Origin: an uncultured Nitrospiraceae bacterium
GTDB lineage: Bacteria > Nitrospirota > Nitrospiria > Nitrospirales > Nitrospiraceae
Assembly: GCA_963849655.1 (NCBI GenBank)
Contig: CAWKJK010000055.1
Coordinates: 64-64,063, forward strand
DNA length: 64,000 nt
Direction of reading: 5' to 3'
The notes under the pieces were generated by a model. That model was not told the DNA's origin. It made no database searches and saw only the letters and a program-made list of their open reading frames with translations. This document shows positions 46,694-58,289 of this stretch, piece by piece; the stretch's first letter is position 1; every line of letters begins with the position of its first letter. A program made the position numbers and the translations under genes.

Positions 46694-48581
46694 ATGTGCG
46701 GGATTTTTGGAATATTTGATAGGACGGGCAAGCCCATCGACAGATGTCTTCTTGAACGGATGACTTCAACGCTCCGTCATCGGGGGCCGGATGGTTGGGG
46801 ATATTTTTTGAGCGAGGCGATCGGGTTGGGGCATCGACGACTCAGCATCATCGACGTTGAGGGAGGGTCGCAACCGGTCGGCAACGAAGACGGAAGTCTG
46901 CAGGTTGTCTTCAACGGGGAGATCTATAACTTTCTTGAGTTGCGTAAGGAAGCTGGAGGAGGCCGGGCATATATTTAAAACGCGATCTGACACGGAAGTC
47001 ATCGTACACGGGTATGAGCAGTGGGGCGCGAGTTGCCTCAGCCGCTTCAACGGGATGTTCGCCTTTGCGATTTGGGACAACCATAAGAAGGGAACTGTTC
47101 CTTGCGAGAGACCATCTCGGGATCAAGCCTCTTTACTATACTGTGATCGGAGACCGACTGGCGTTTGCATCTGAGATCAAGGCTCTGCTTCAACTTCCCG
47201 GCTGCTTGAGGGAAGTCGATATGGATTCCTTGGCCGATCTCTTTACGTTCCGTTATGTTCCCTCACCCAAGACGTTGTTCAGAGGCATCTTCAAACTGCC
47301 GCCCGGCCATATGATGGTGGCGGCAAAAAATGGCATCGAAGTCAGCCGTTACTGGAATTGGGTTCCGAGTATTAGGGAAAGCTGGTGCGAAGCGGAGCTG
47401 ATCGAAGAGTACCAAACGTTGCTTGAGGATGCCGTCCGGCTGCAGTTGCGGAGCGATGTGCCGTTGGGATTGTTCCTCAGCTCGGGAATTGACTCGGGGG
47501 TACTCCTGGCGATCATGAGTAGGCATTCTGCGCTGCCGGTTGAGACATTTACGATCGGATTCGAGGGAGGAACGAAGACCGATGAAGTTGAAGATGCCGG
47601 GAAAGTGGCTCGTCGGTTCGGAGCAAAGCACTCCTCCATGATGCTGAGCCATAGAGATTACCTGTCCTATTTCGAGAGATACATGGGCGATTTGGAAGAG
47701 CCAGTCGCGCACGAGCCTGCTCCCGCATTTTATTTCCTCTCGAAAATCACGAGTGAGCGGGTCAAAGTGGCGCTGACTGGGCAAGGCGCAGATGAGCCTT
47801 GGGCAGGATACGATCGTTATCTCGGAGTGAGGCTATCGACTTTTTACAGCCGTTTGCCGCGCCTATTTACGGACCGTGTCGCTCCAGCTCTCGCTAAGGT
47901 TCCGGGCCGCTTGGAACGTTTGAAACGAGGTATCGCGTCGTTAGCGGAACCGGATATTGTAATGAGGTTTGCAAAGATCTATTCCTTTTTCAGCGCTGAA
48001 AATGAAGGCGCAGCTATACCGAGAAAGATTCAAAGAGCACTTTGAAATTGCACCGTACGGCTCAATGGAGACACTTCTGAGACTACACAGAGATGTGAAG
48101 CATCTCGATCCGCTCTCACAGATGCTCTACATCGATACTCGCGCGAATCTTCCCGATGACCTGTTGATGGTGGCGGATAAGACGTTCGATGGCCAATTCT
48201 CTGGAGGTCCGAGTCCCGTTCCTGGACCGCCGCCTGGTTGAGTTCATCGAGACCTTGCCATCATCACTTAAGCTGAAAGGTCTGACCGGCAAGTACCTTC
48301 ACAAAAAGGCGTTGATGAAATGGTTGCCTAAAGAAGAGGTCCATCGTAGGAAGAAGGGATTCGCACATCCGATCGCCGATTGGCTGCGGGGATCGTTTAG
48401 ACCTTTCGTGGAAGACTGTCTACTTAGCGACGACTCTTCTCTCTCCCGCTACTTTAATCGAGATTATATTCGCCAGATGTATACAAGACATTTGGAAGGA
48501 AAAGAGCAGTATTTCAGACATATTTACCTGCTGGTTTCTTTAGAGCTATGGCATAGAACTTATATGTCTAAAGAGCGATGA
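46694..48581 (+). CDS. asnB: Asparagine synthase-like (glutamine-hydrolyzing) amidotransferase (frameshifted)
   Basis: [71 protein letters not shown]; probably a polysaccharide amidotransferase. Confidence 0.93.
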
Positions 48582-48828
48582 GTCAGGCAGGTTGGGCGTT
48601 TGATTGAAGTTTGAGCGCGGAAACGATGATGGATATCCGATTGCTGACATCGAAAGTTGTTCGGACACTTCGTCAGGAGGGATTGTGAGCGGTGCTTTGG
48701 TAAGAGCGTGTGGATCCTGAAAAGGACCCGCTCTCATGAGCCAGATGACTATGGTCTCGCCAGGAAATCCGAATCTCATCCGACACCGAATTCTCGTCGT
48801 GACAGGTGAAATTGGCAAGAGATCTGGC

Positions 48829-49793
48829 GTGAATTTATCAATTATCATCGTGAATTGGAATAGTAAGAATTACCTCCGCAAGGCGATCGCTTCCGTCGAG
48901 GCCGAGACCAAGGGCATTGAGTTCGAAGTCATTGTCATTGACGGGGGATCTTACGATGGCTGCGGTGAGATGCTGAGTCGGCATTATCCTCATGTTGTAT
49001 TCATCCAGAGCGACAAGAACCTCGGGTTTGCAAAGGCAAATAACGAAGCGTTCAAGGTGTCGCGCGGCCGGAATATTCTATTCCTCAATCCCGATACTGA
49101 GGTTGAGCATCTCGCGATTCGCACGCTTTATGATCAGCTCGAAGTCTTGCATGACGCCGGCATTGTAGGTCCCAAGATTCTCAATACCGACCGGCTCTAT
49201 ACAGGAAACTTGCATTCGTGCGTTTCCGACCATTCTCAACCAGTTACTTGAGTCCGATATCCTCAGGCGCACTTTCAAGAAGGCGAGATTGTGGGGGATG
49301 AAGCCGCTCTTGGAGGGCAATGAAGCAGTGACGGAGGTGGAAGCGGTTTCCGGAGCATGCTTGATGATCAGGCGTCACATATTCGAAGAGCGTTGGGATG
49401 TTCAACATCGATTACTTCATGTATTCAGAAGACATGGATCTGTGCCTTAAGGTCCGGAAGGCGGGGATGAAGACTTACTACATTCCGAGAGCAGTCGTGG
49501 TTCACCATGGAGGAGGTAGCAGTAGCTCACAAGTGGGGGTAAACACTTTTTCAAGCGTCATGATGTTGGAGTCCCGCTGGCGATTCTTTCGGAACAATCA
49601 ATCCATATGGTACGCCCGTTTTTACCGGGCCGCCATGTTCGTTGTGTGCCTTGTCCGGATCGGAATGGTGCCCCTGCTGTGGCTGGCCTGCAAAATGAGC
49701 GGACAACGTTTTGTAGCGGGATCGGTAGTGAAGAGGTGGGCGGCGAAATTACGCTGGACGCTGGGAGGTGAAAAATGGGCCAAGAGTTATTGA
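48829..49793 (+). CDS. GT2-family glycosyltransferase (rhamnosyltransferase-like; frameshifted)
   Basis: LSIIIVNWNS, NLGFAKANN, LFLNPDT, VSGAC, FMYSEDMDLC. Confidence 0.9.
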
Positions 49794-50045
49794 CCCTACG
49801 GTCAGCGGCGAGCCGATCCTTGCAATGAGGATGCAATAAAGCGACTGAAGATCGACGCATTCCGCCGATGAGGCTCTTCCACTTTAGAAAAGTCTGTTTG
49901 CCTGCCCGATAGCAATATCCGGTCCATCTGATCGCCTCGTGGGCGAATCTGCGCAATGTTTCAAATTACGCGTACATTGACTTGACCGTGAACTTTCGGA
50001 TTTGACCAGATCTTAAGAAGTGTAGCTGGATCTGCGGAATCAGAA

Positions 50046-51185
50046 ATGACCGTCCATGACAGACTAGTCGCTACTTCATTTAGAGGCCCCGGCTTTGGCC
50101 AGGTACGCATTGCCGCAGCTATTGTCGTGCTCCTTCACCACACTCGCAGCATAGAATATACCGATATCCGACTCGATCCGCTTTTCCACTACAGCGGAGG
50201 CGAGATCCATTTTGGTCTTCTCGCAGTCCTTGTGTTTTTCGCAATTAGTGGGTTCTTGGTGACCCCCAGCCTATGTCGATCGGAGAATGTAATCAATTTT
50301 GCGTCAAATAGGATTCTACGGATTTTCCCGGCGTTAATCATTGTTGTCATCGCGTCAATGGCGGTGCTTGGACCCGCTCTTACCACTCTCACTCTCGACT
50401 CGTATTTTCTCGATCCTGGCCTATACCGCTACGGCAAGAATGTGCTGACGCTCACCCAGGATTATTTACCAGGCGTGGTCAATAGGGATGGAGATCTCAT
50501 CGTTATCAATGGGGCATTGTGGACTCTCCACTTTGAAGTCTTGTCCTATGCCACGCTGGCGCTAACCAGCATGATCGGCATCCTGCGCCGACGCGGCCTC
50601 ATGCTGATTCTGTGTCTGGCGTGTTATGGAATTCATCTTGCCATGACTTATGATCCGACGCTTGTGGTTGCGTTGCCTCAGCGATTCCTAACCTTTATGA
50701 AGCTCTTCGTCTATTTTGGATTTGGGTCTCTGTTGTTCATATTTGCCGATCGTGTCCCATTTTCAGCCGCCATCGCGCTTGGTGCACTGGCATTAGCAGC
50801 GTTGGCGTTGCCGGTAGGTTTGGGTGCCGTTGTCATGCCACTCTGCTTGCCTTACATGGTAGTTTTTTGCGGGCTTTCTGCTCTGCCGGGGCAACCTCTA
50901 TTGAAGCATGACTTATCGTATGGAGTGTACTTGATTCATGCTCCAATGGTGGTCATGGTCGGTTTGTCGTTTCCGAACCTACAGGTATGGTGGATCGTGG
51001 TCGCGATCGTTCTTGTTATGACGCTGGGTGTATCGTATCTAAGCTGGGTTTTCGTGGAACGACCGGCGCTGAAGCAAAAAGAAATTCTGTCGAATTGGCT
51101 GAACCGTCAGTTTGAAGCGCGGTGTCATCCGTGGATTAAGGCAAGCATGCGCGTTGTCAAAATGGGCCGGATCGGAACGAGTTGA
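50046..51185 (+). CDS. Acyltransferase-3 (OafA-like) membrane O-acyltransferase
   Basis: AVLVFFAISGFLV, RILRIFP, NGALWTL.FE, LSYGVYLIH.P, SWVFVERP. Confidence 0.9.
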   Translation: MTVHDRLVATSFRGPGFGQVRIAAAIVVLLHHTRSIEYTDIRLDPLFHYSGGEIHFGLLAVLVFFAISGFLVTPSLCRSENVINFASNRILRIFPALIIVVIASMAVLGPALTTLTLDSYFLDPGLYRYGKNVLTLTQDYLPGVVNRDGDLIVINGALWTLHFEVLSYATLALTSMIGILRRRGLMLILCLACYGIHLAMTYDPTLVVALPQRFLTFMKLFVYFGFGSLLFIFADRVPFSAAIALGALALAALALPVGLGAVVMPLCLPYMVVFCGLSALPGQPLLKHDLSYGVYLIHAPMVVMVGLSFPNLQVWWIVVAIVLVMTLGVSYLSWVFVERPALKQKEILSNWLNRQFEARCHPWIKASMRVVKMGRIGTS

Positions 51186-52363
51186 GGCGCTGCTACGTGG
51201 ACATTGGGATGCTTAAAACGTTTGAAGATTTGGAAGCTGTCCACCTTCAATGGAAAGAGTGGCAGAACCACCCCAACAATGATTTTGACCAATTCAAGAA
51301 GATTTGTCGTCTGCGTCGGAATGTTGAATCTCCATTCGTGGTCGCGATGGAACGCAATGGGCTTCCGCATGCCTTGCTGGTTGGCCGCTTGGAGATGACT
51401 CAATTCAGGCCGGCGATCGGCTATGTGAGTCCGTTGAAGATTCCAGCCAGAATCGTGGTTGTCATCCATCAAGGTGTGCTGGGTCAGATGGATGAAGAGG
51501 CCGCGACCGAATCGGTCAAATATCTTTGGTCTCTATTATGCTCGGGTATGGCGGATGTGCTGGAGCTCCACTATCTCTCTGAGGATGCACCGCTTCTCAG
51601 GGCGTTACAGCTTCACAGGCCTGGATGGTTCTGTGAGAAAAAATTCAGGTGGTCTACCCATTGGCAAATGAATTTGCCAGAGGGTGGAAGATTCATCGAG
51701 CGCAAACTTCGGGCTAAACATCGCACCAGCATTCGGAAGAGAGAACGAGAGCTCGAGGCAACCTTTCCGGGTAAGGTGGCCTGGCGGTGGATGAGCCGGT
51801 TTGATGATATCCCCGGACTTTGTAAGCGTCTTGAAGAAGTGGCGGCGCGCGCTTATCAGCGAGGGGTCGGATCTGGTTTCATCGACAATGAAGAGTTTCG
51901 TCAGCGCCTCGCTCTCTTTGCGGGCCGAAATCAGTTGCGAGTGCAAGTGCTCGAAATTGATGGGCGAGTTAGGGCCTTTTGGTTCGGATATCTATACCAG
52001 GGCGTTTTCCATTTGTCGGAGACTGGCTATGATCCGGTTTTGAGCCGCTACGAGGTTGGAACGCTGATCTTCATTCGGTTGAGTGATGAGTTGTCGAAGG
52101 AAGGTGTTCGGCAGTTGGATTTTGGGATAGGAGACGCAAGTTATAAGCAGCGCTTCGGAGATCGGTCGTGGCGAGAGGGAACGGTCCGTTTGTTCGCCCC
52201 GACCGCGAAGGGAGCGATCCTTCGAGCCTGCAGCGGGCTCTTTACGTGGATCGACAAAATAAGTCGCACTGTCATTCGAAAACTGAGAGTTCTGGATCGA
52301 TTGAAGACCGCGTGGCGTCGGCAATTAACCCCGACTCAACTTTCTGCCGATGAGAAAAGCTGA
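51182..52363 (+). CDS. GNAT-family (CelD/BcsL, Acetyltransf_6) protein
   Basis: C-terminal TGYDP......VGTL...LDFGIGDASYKQRFG. Confidence 0.82.
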   Translation: MRRCYVDIGMLKTFEDLEAVHLQWKEWQNHPNNDFDQFKKICRLRRNVESPFVVAMERNGLPHALLVGRLEMTQFRPAIGYVSPLKIPARIVVVIHQGVLGQMDEEAATESVKYLWSLLCSGMADVLELHYLSEDAPLLRALQLHRPGWFCEKKFRWSTHWQMNLPEGGRFIERKLRAKHRTSIRKRERELEATFPGKVAWRWMSRFDDIPGLCKRLEEVAARAYQRGVGSGFIDNEEFRQRLALFAGRNQLRVQVLEIDGRVRAFWFGYLYQGVFHLSETGYDPVLSRYEVGTLIFIRLSDELSKEGVRQLDFGIGDASYKQRFGDRSWREGTVRLFAPTAKGAILRACSGLFTWIDKISRTVIRKLRVLDRLKTAWRRQLTPTQLSADEKS

Positions 52364-52379
52364 CGATAGAAACTGAGAT

Positions 52380-53711
52380 ATGAATTACTTTGCTATAGGA
52401 ATGATCTTGGTCCTGGCAGCCATGATCTTCATGTTGCCGCGTCCATGGGCTCCTCTCCCCCTTCTTGCAGGAGCCTGTTATATGACCATGGGTGTTGGAA
52501 TCGAGCTAGGACCATTTCATCTTATGTCCATCCGATTACTGGTGGTGGTCGGTATACTGCGGGTGATCATACGGGGTGAGCGTCTTACTGGAGGAATGAA
52601 TATTCTCGATCGGTTTATGATCGTATGGGCTGCTTGGGCACTGATGAGCAGTGTTTTTCACGATAATAGCCCTGGGATATTGGTGAACCGACTTGGACTC
52701 GTATTTAACGCGTGCGGGATCTATTTCCTTCTTCGGGTATTCTGTCAATCACTGGGAGATGTGGTTACGCTGTGTCGTCTTACAGCCATCCTATTGATAC
52801 CGCTTGCGGTCGAGCTGTTTGTGGAAATGGTGACGACGCACAACCTATTTTCAGTATTTGGAGGCGTTTCGGAGACCCCTGAAATTCGACTAAATAGAGT
52901 TCGTGCCCAAGGACCTTTTGCTCATTCAATTCTCACTGGAACTGTGGGAGCGGTATGCCTCCCCTTAATGGTCTGTCTTTGGCATCACCACAGGAAAACT
53001 GCCGTTGCAGGCATGGTTGCTTGTATCGCCATTGTTGTTTTGTCTGCTTCCAGTGGGCCGGTCATGACAGCGATGGCCGCAATCGGAGCCCTGCTCATGT
53101 GGAGCTGGCGCAACCGGATGCGACTTTTCCGTTGGCTTGCCGTTTTGGGGTATGTCGGCCTAGATGTCGTCATGAATGCACCGGCATACTATATAATTGC
53201 ACGTATTGATCTGACTGGTGGCAGTACAAGCTGGCATCGAGCGGCGTTGATTGAAGCAGCCATCACACATCTTTCCGAATGGTGGTTCGCAGGCACCGAT
53301 GTGACCAGGCACTGGATGCCCTATGGCGTGGTCTGGAACGAAAACCATATTGATATTACAAATTACTATTTGCGCATGGGGGTTGATGGTGGACTCCCCT
53401 TAATGCTGTTGTTTGTCGCTCAACTGGCAATAGGCTTTCATTTGATTGGCCGAGCCTTGAAGGAGTTGCCCGAGGTATCATTCCGGTCACGGTTCATGAT
53501 TTGGGCGTTGGGGACATCACTGTTCGCTCACAGCGCCGCGTTCATTTCGGTTTCTTATTTTGATCAATCGGTTGTGTTCATTTATCTCACCCTCGCCGCG
53601 ATAGGTTCCGCTTGGTCTGGGATGGTCGTGGTAACCAGCAGAGTTTCAGTCGGAAAGACGAAATGTGTTCAACAGATAAGGTTTGTAGACGGGACTCTCA
53701 CCTACCCTTGA
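52380..53711 (+). CDS. Wzy/O-antigen ligase-like polymerase
   Basis: Multi-TM protein; RAQGPFAHSILTG, HRAALI, DITNYYL...DGG. Confidence 0.78.
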   Translation: MNYFAIGMILVLAAMIFMLPRPWAPLPLLAGACYMTMGVGIELGPFHLMSIRLLVVVGILRVIIRGERLTGGMNILDRFMIVWAAWALMSSVFHDNSPGILVNRLGLVFNACGIYFLLRVFCQSLGDVVTLCRLTAILLIPLAVELFVEMVTTHNLFSVFGGVSETPEIRLNRVRAQGPFAHSILTGTVGAVCLPLMVCLWHHHRKTAVAGMVACIAIVVLSASSGPVMTAMAAIGALLMWSWRNRMRLFRWLAVLGYVGLDVVMNAPAYYIIARIDLTGGSTSWHRAALIEAAITHLSEWWFAGTDVTRHWMPYGVVWNENHIDITNYYLRMGVDGGLPLMLLFVAQLAIGFHLIGRALKELPEVSFRSRFMIWALGTSLFAHSAAFISVSYFDQSVVFIYLTLAAIGSAWSGMVVVTSRVSVGKTKCVQQIRFVDGTLTYP

Positions 53712-53843
53712 CCATCACGAGGGTTCTCCTCGTTGGCACAGACCTCAGCTTAAGCTTGCGCCCCAGCCCAGGTTTATGACCGGGACCTTTGGGGCGTCGC
53801 TCTCCCGTTCTTAACAAGATCTTTCACGGGGAAAGAATGATTC

Positions 53844-55210
53844 TTACTGAACGCGTAAATTGGTCGGGCTCGCGGGCGGCGATGGGGCGCTTCCAGCTCC
53901 AAATTCAACTGCACCACGATCCCACACACCATCGGCGCCACGTGTTTTCCCAAACATATCGACGTTATAGGGCGCCGATAACGCCGGTTCCTGCCGGCGT
54001 GGGTTGATTGAGCCTGAAGTCGAGACTCGTTATGTTGATGAACGGTAAGTTAGAAGACGTGGATGCATTTGTGCCGATAGGAGAGGTAGAGATAAAGTGG
54101 TTGTAGCTTATTGTCTGCCAAGTAGTGCCTCCCCCTGGATTAGAGACCGTATAGAAGAGATTGTTGCGGGCTTCGTTGCTGCCGTTCCGAATCGGAAATG
54201 TACTCAAGACCTCGGCTCCCGTCAGATTAATAAACGTATTATTATTGACATGAGCGTTGTAAAAGTCTTCACCATTCCCGCCGGTTCAACCGCCGATCAC
54301 CCCATTGCAACAGTTGTTCATCGGCACGGCAGGATCTTTGTAGAACACGTTGCCGTAGACTCGCAATTCTGCCGCATGGTTGGTCTTGTTATCCCACATG
54401 ATCCCGCCTGTTGATTTAATATCGGTAAACAGGTTGTACCGGAACGTATGGGTGCCAATGGCGCTGTTTCCAATGTCCCAACAGGAACAGAGTTCCGAGT
54501 GTGACGCTCCTTCGTACCAATTTTTCATGTATCCATACTCAACAACCAGATTGATCGCCCCGGAGAAAAATGGGATAAATCCAATGTCATGCATATACCA
54601 ATGTGAGAGCGTGCAATTGGTGCGGCTGTTGGCTCGGAGACCGGTCTGTGAGCCGTTATCAGAGCCGACACCAGGACAATTCGATGTGCTGGACTGTGAC
54701 CCCGCTGGCCCGTTGTTATAACAACATTTCGCTCGTCGCAGTTGACTCCAACCCGATGGACCCTTCCACCCAGAAGGCCCTCCACCGATACGCCGTCCAC
54801 CAGCCAGTTTGTCGTGGTAAAGACCATGACGTCGTAAATGTGGCTGCGCTGTCACCGTATGCACTGGACCAGCCAGATATCGGTTCCATGGTCTGATGCC
54901 GTGGCTTTCTTGATGATGTGGTGCCATGCCTGGCTTCTGTTGAATGTTTTACCGGTATCGCTTGCCATCGCGCAATATAATATGTATCCCCCCGGACAGC
55001 GTTGCGGGGAGTTGATCGCAGACTACGAGCATTTTCCCATGTCGCGCAATCTCCCGCGCCTGCTGCTCCAGCATCTTTACGGATATAATGATTAGCCGCC
55101 TCGGCTGCCGTGCCATAGGCGAGAAGCGTTGACAGAAAAAGTATTGAACACAGGAATTTCTTCCTTCGGTGCCGGCATACTTTGGATTCAGGAGCCATTT
55201 CCATATTCAA
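53844..55210 (-). CDS. Secreted hypothetical protein, probable right-handed beta-helix (frameshifted)
   Basis: Signal peptide (FLCSILFLSTLLAYGTAAEA-A), N/G-rich repeats (FRYNLF, VYGNVF, EARNNLFY), C-terminus GADGVWDRGAVEFG...PPASPTNLRVQ* with stop at 53844. Confidence 0.7.
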
Positions 55211-55349
55211 TATTGCACCTCACTCGGTTGTAGTTATCAGTTGTAGGTATCATTTGTAGCAACGTTTTGATGCAGAAAAGCATTGTATATTATTGTATAT
55301 AACGAAGCACCTACAGAGCGCGTCTTCAATGGGAGTGGGATATCGCATA

Positions 55350-55365
55350 AGCAAATTAGATGCCT
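55350..55365 (-). promoter_or_regulatory. sigma54 (-24/-12) promoter candidate
   Basis: Minus strand AGGCATCTAATTTGCT = GG-N10-GC, about 140 nt upstream of the antisense gene, in an AT-rich region. Confidence 0.55.
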
Positions 55366-55593
55366 GTAGTTGATGAGAATTGCGTAGTAAACAAATCAAA
55401 ATTTACTCCATTGAAACATAAGGCACTTTTACTGTTAAAGAACTAATTAGGGATTTAAAAAAACGACACTAGTGCTCCAATTGCCTTTAGGTCGGCGTCT
55501 CAAGCTACCAAACTGTACACAGACACATACACCTGCCAATGCATCGCGCAATGTGACGTGTGGAGTGAAGCAAGGGATAAGACCATACCAGGT

Positions 55594-56556
55594 ATGACAA
55601 ACCTATACTATTTTCTAAAGCCGACTATCCCTTGGGCTATCAGAGTACGAATACGACGTCTGATTGCAAACCGTCTACGGAGGCAATTCAGCGGTTCCTG
55701 GCCTATTTTGCCTTCGGCAGCTCGACCCCCGGAGGGCTGGCCCGGGTGGCCGAACGGGAAACGATTTGCCTTTGTCGTCACTCACGATGTGGAAGGCGCA
55801 AACGGGTTGGCGCGGTGCCGGAAGTTGGCTGAATTGGACAAGGCGTTCGGCATCCGTTCATCTTTTCATTTCGTTCCGGAAGGTGAATATCGTTTACCAG
55901 ACTCGCTCCGAACAGACCTCGAACAGGAAGGGTTTGAAGTCGCCGTTCATGATCTGCATCACGACGGAACGCTTTATCGATCGTCACGACACTTTCAAGC
56001 GCAGGCTCCCAAAATCAATCAGTATCTTCAGAAATGGAAGGCTTCGGGCTTTCGAGCCGGCTTCATGTTTCATAATTTGGAATGGCTCCATGACCTTGAG
56101 GTTCTCTACGATGCTTCGACCTTCGATACCGATCCGTTCGAGCCACAACCGGATGGAGTTGGGACGATTTTCCCGTTCTGGGTGCAACGCAACGATTCGA
56201 AGGGCTACGTCGAACTTCCCTATACGCTTCCACAGGACTCAACGTTGTTCGTGCTTTTGAAGGAAACGACGATCGATCTGTGGACGAAGAAGCTTGATTG
56301 GGTGGCTTCGCACGGTGGCATGGCCTTGATGATCGTCCATCCCGATTATATTTCTTTTGAGGGAAAACCGAATGCCCGGGAATATTCGGCCGATCTGTAT
56401 GAACGGCTTCTGAAGTACGTCGTCGCCCGTTATGGAGATGCTTGTTGGTACGCCCTTCCGCGTGAGATAGCGGCCTTCGCCGCGCAAATCAAACCTCGAC
56501 TAGCTCACGGCACATTCACTTCGCATCGCCGGTCCGACAGCGAGAGCGTCACGTAA
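55594..56556 (+). CDS. Polysaccharide deacetylase-family protein
   Basis: WPNGKRFAFVVTHDVE, SSFHFVP, EVAVHDLHHDG, GFRAG, YDAS, VELPYTLPQD, VHPDY. Confidence 0.85.
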   Translation: MTNLYYFLKPTIPWAIRVRIRRLIANRLRRQFSGSWPILPSAARPPEGWPGWPNGKRFAFVVTHDVEGANGLARCRKLAELDKAFGIRSSFHFVPEGEYRLPDSLRTDLEQEGFEVAVHDLHHDGTLYRSSRHFQAQAPKINQYLQKWKASGFRAGFMFHNLEWLHDLEVLYDASTFDTDPFEPQPDGVGTIFPFWVQRNDSKGYVELPYTLPQDSTLFVLLKETTIDLWTKKLDWVASHGGMALMIVHPDYISFEGKPNAREYSADLYERLLKYVVARYGDACWYALPREIAAFAAQIKPRLAHGTFTSHRRSDSESVT

Positions 56557-56731
56557 TTTCTCCGCCAAGTATCCTGCATGACATTGCGACCATGCGACTG
56601 ATACACCGAGGCTTGCCCTCTTTCATTGTCGTAAGCAAGTCTCCTGCCGAATTGTGATTGTTTTGGAGTCAATCATCTCAAGGGGCTTACCTTAGGGCGC
56701 AGGATTATCCCTCGCTTTTTACGACATCGCC

Positions 56732-57236
56732 ATGCCCTCAGTAACACTGTGGCGGGATAGACTCTTTTTCTTGCTTGGCCTGACGAAGGGCCATACGGTC
56801 TATCGCTTCTGCAAATGTCTATTCTGAAACGATATATGGCGACCTCGTCCACCGAGAATCCAAGCGTTCCGAGCGATCGGGTTATCTCTGTCGGATACTG
56901 ATCATCTATCATACCAACGCACAAGGACGAGTCATGCCCTTCCGATCCGATCTTGCTCATAAGACCACCTCGGTATTGTCCAGCAGTTGTCGCGACACCG
57001 ATTATATCGGGTGGTATCGGCAAGGCCGCATCTTGGGGGTCTTGTTGACGGCGCTACGGCCGGATTTCGCCGGAGATGGGTACGACAATCTGAAAGCCCG
57101 TATGGTGGACAGTTTGCGTGGCACCCTGACATTCACGGATGACCACTCTCTTCAGATACGCATGCTTGAGCTGAGTGAGCTCACAGCGTTCAATGCATCC
57201 GACCATTCTGCTCCGTCTCCCGGTTCCAAAGACTAG
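56732..57236 (+). CDS. Stand-alone degenerate GGDEF-like protein with RxxD (one probable frameshift near 56800)
   Basis: In frame from 56784: SETIYGDLVHRESKRSERSG...SCRDTDYIGWYRQGRILGVLL; similar to the N-terminal domain of the downstream priming transferase. Confidence 0.65.
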
Positions 57237-57265
57237 ATCCTATAACCTCTTCAAGGAGTGCAATC

Positions 57266-58267
57266 ATGCTACGACTCGGTGTGATCGGGTATGGGTATTG
57301 GGGCCCGAACGTGGTGAGGAATTTCCTCGCACATCAGGACTGCAAGGTCGGCACGATCTGCGACAAGTCTTCCGCTGCATTGACTCGTGTGTTGGCGGCG
57401 CATCCCGGCATCCGTGTGACGACTGAGCCGGATGCGGTGCTGTTCGCCACGGACATCGATGCGGTGGCGATCATCACGCCGGTGTCATACCACTACGAAC
57501 TCGCCAAGAAAGCGCTTGAGAACGGGAAGCACGTGTTCGTGGAGAAACCCTTTACCGCAACCTCCGCTGAGGCCGAGGAACTGATCCAGCTCGCGGAGCG
57601 CCGGGGGCTCCAGATCATGGTGGACCATACCTTTCTGTTTACCGGAGCCGTCCGCAAGATCAAACAACTCATCGACGACGGCACGTTGGGCCGCCTCTAC
57701 TACTATGATTCGACACGCGTGAATCTGGGTCTCTTCCAGCACGACGTGAATGTGCTCTGGGATCTCGCGCCGCATGACTTGTCGATCATGGATTATCTGA
57801 TCGGAGTCGAGCCGGAGTTGGTCGTGGCGACCGGCGGAGCCCACGTGAACAATCTCGAAAACGTCGCCTATCTCACCGTGTATTTTCCCGACAATGTTCT
57901 GGCGCACATCAACGTCAATTGGCTCTCACCCGTGAAAATGCGCACGACGTTGGTCGGCGGCCAAAAACGAATGCTGGTCTGGAATGACCTCGATTTGGCG
58001 GAAAAACTCCGCATCTACGACAAGGGCGCCGACGTCAAAAATGAATCGGGAATGCATGCGGCCTTGGTCAGCTACAGGACCGGGGATATGTACGCGCCGA
58101 AAATCGAAGAGGCCGAAGCGCTGAAGGTGGAGACTCGCTATTTCCTGGACTGCATCACGAACGGAACGAAACCGATCAACGATGGGCCGGCGGGGTTACG
58201 CGTCGTGCGCATTCTCGAGGCGGCCGAACAGTCGCTCAATCAGCACAAGGAGATTGTATTGGCCTAG
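57266..58267 (+). CDS. Gfo/Idh/MocA-family oxidoreductase (WbpB-like sugar 3-dehydrogenase)
   Basis: GVIGYGYWGPN, GKHVFVEKP, MVDHTF, WDLAPHD. Confidence 0.92.
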   Translation: MLRLGVIGYGYWGPNVVRNFLAHQDCKVGTICDKSSAALTRVLAAHPGIRVTTEPDAVLFATDIDAVAIITPVSYHYELAKKALENGKHVFVEKPFTATSAEAEELIQLAERRGLQIMVDHTFLFTGAVRKIKQLIDDGTLGRLYYYDSTRVNLGLFQHDVNVLWDLAPHDLSIMDYLIGVEPELVVATGGAHVNNLENVAYLTVYFPDNVLAHINVNWLSPVKMRTTLVGGQKRMLVWNDLDLAEKLRIYDKGADVKNESGMHAALVSYRTGDMYAPKIEEAEALKVETRYFLDCITNGTKPINDGPAGLRVVRILEAAEQSLNQHKEIVLA

Positions 58268-58289
58268 GCTTCAGGGGCAGGGACAGAGG

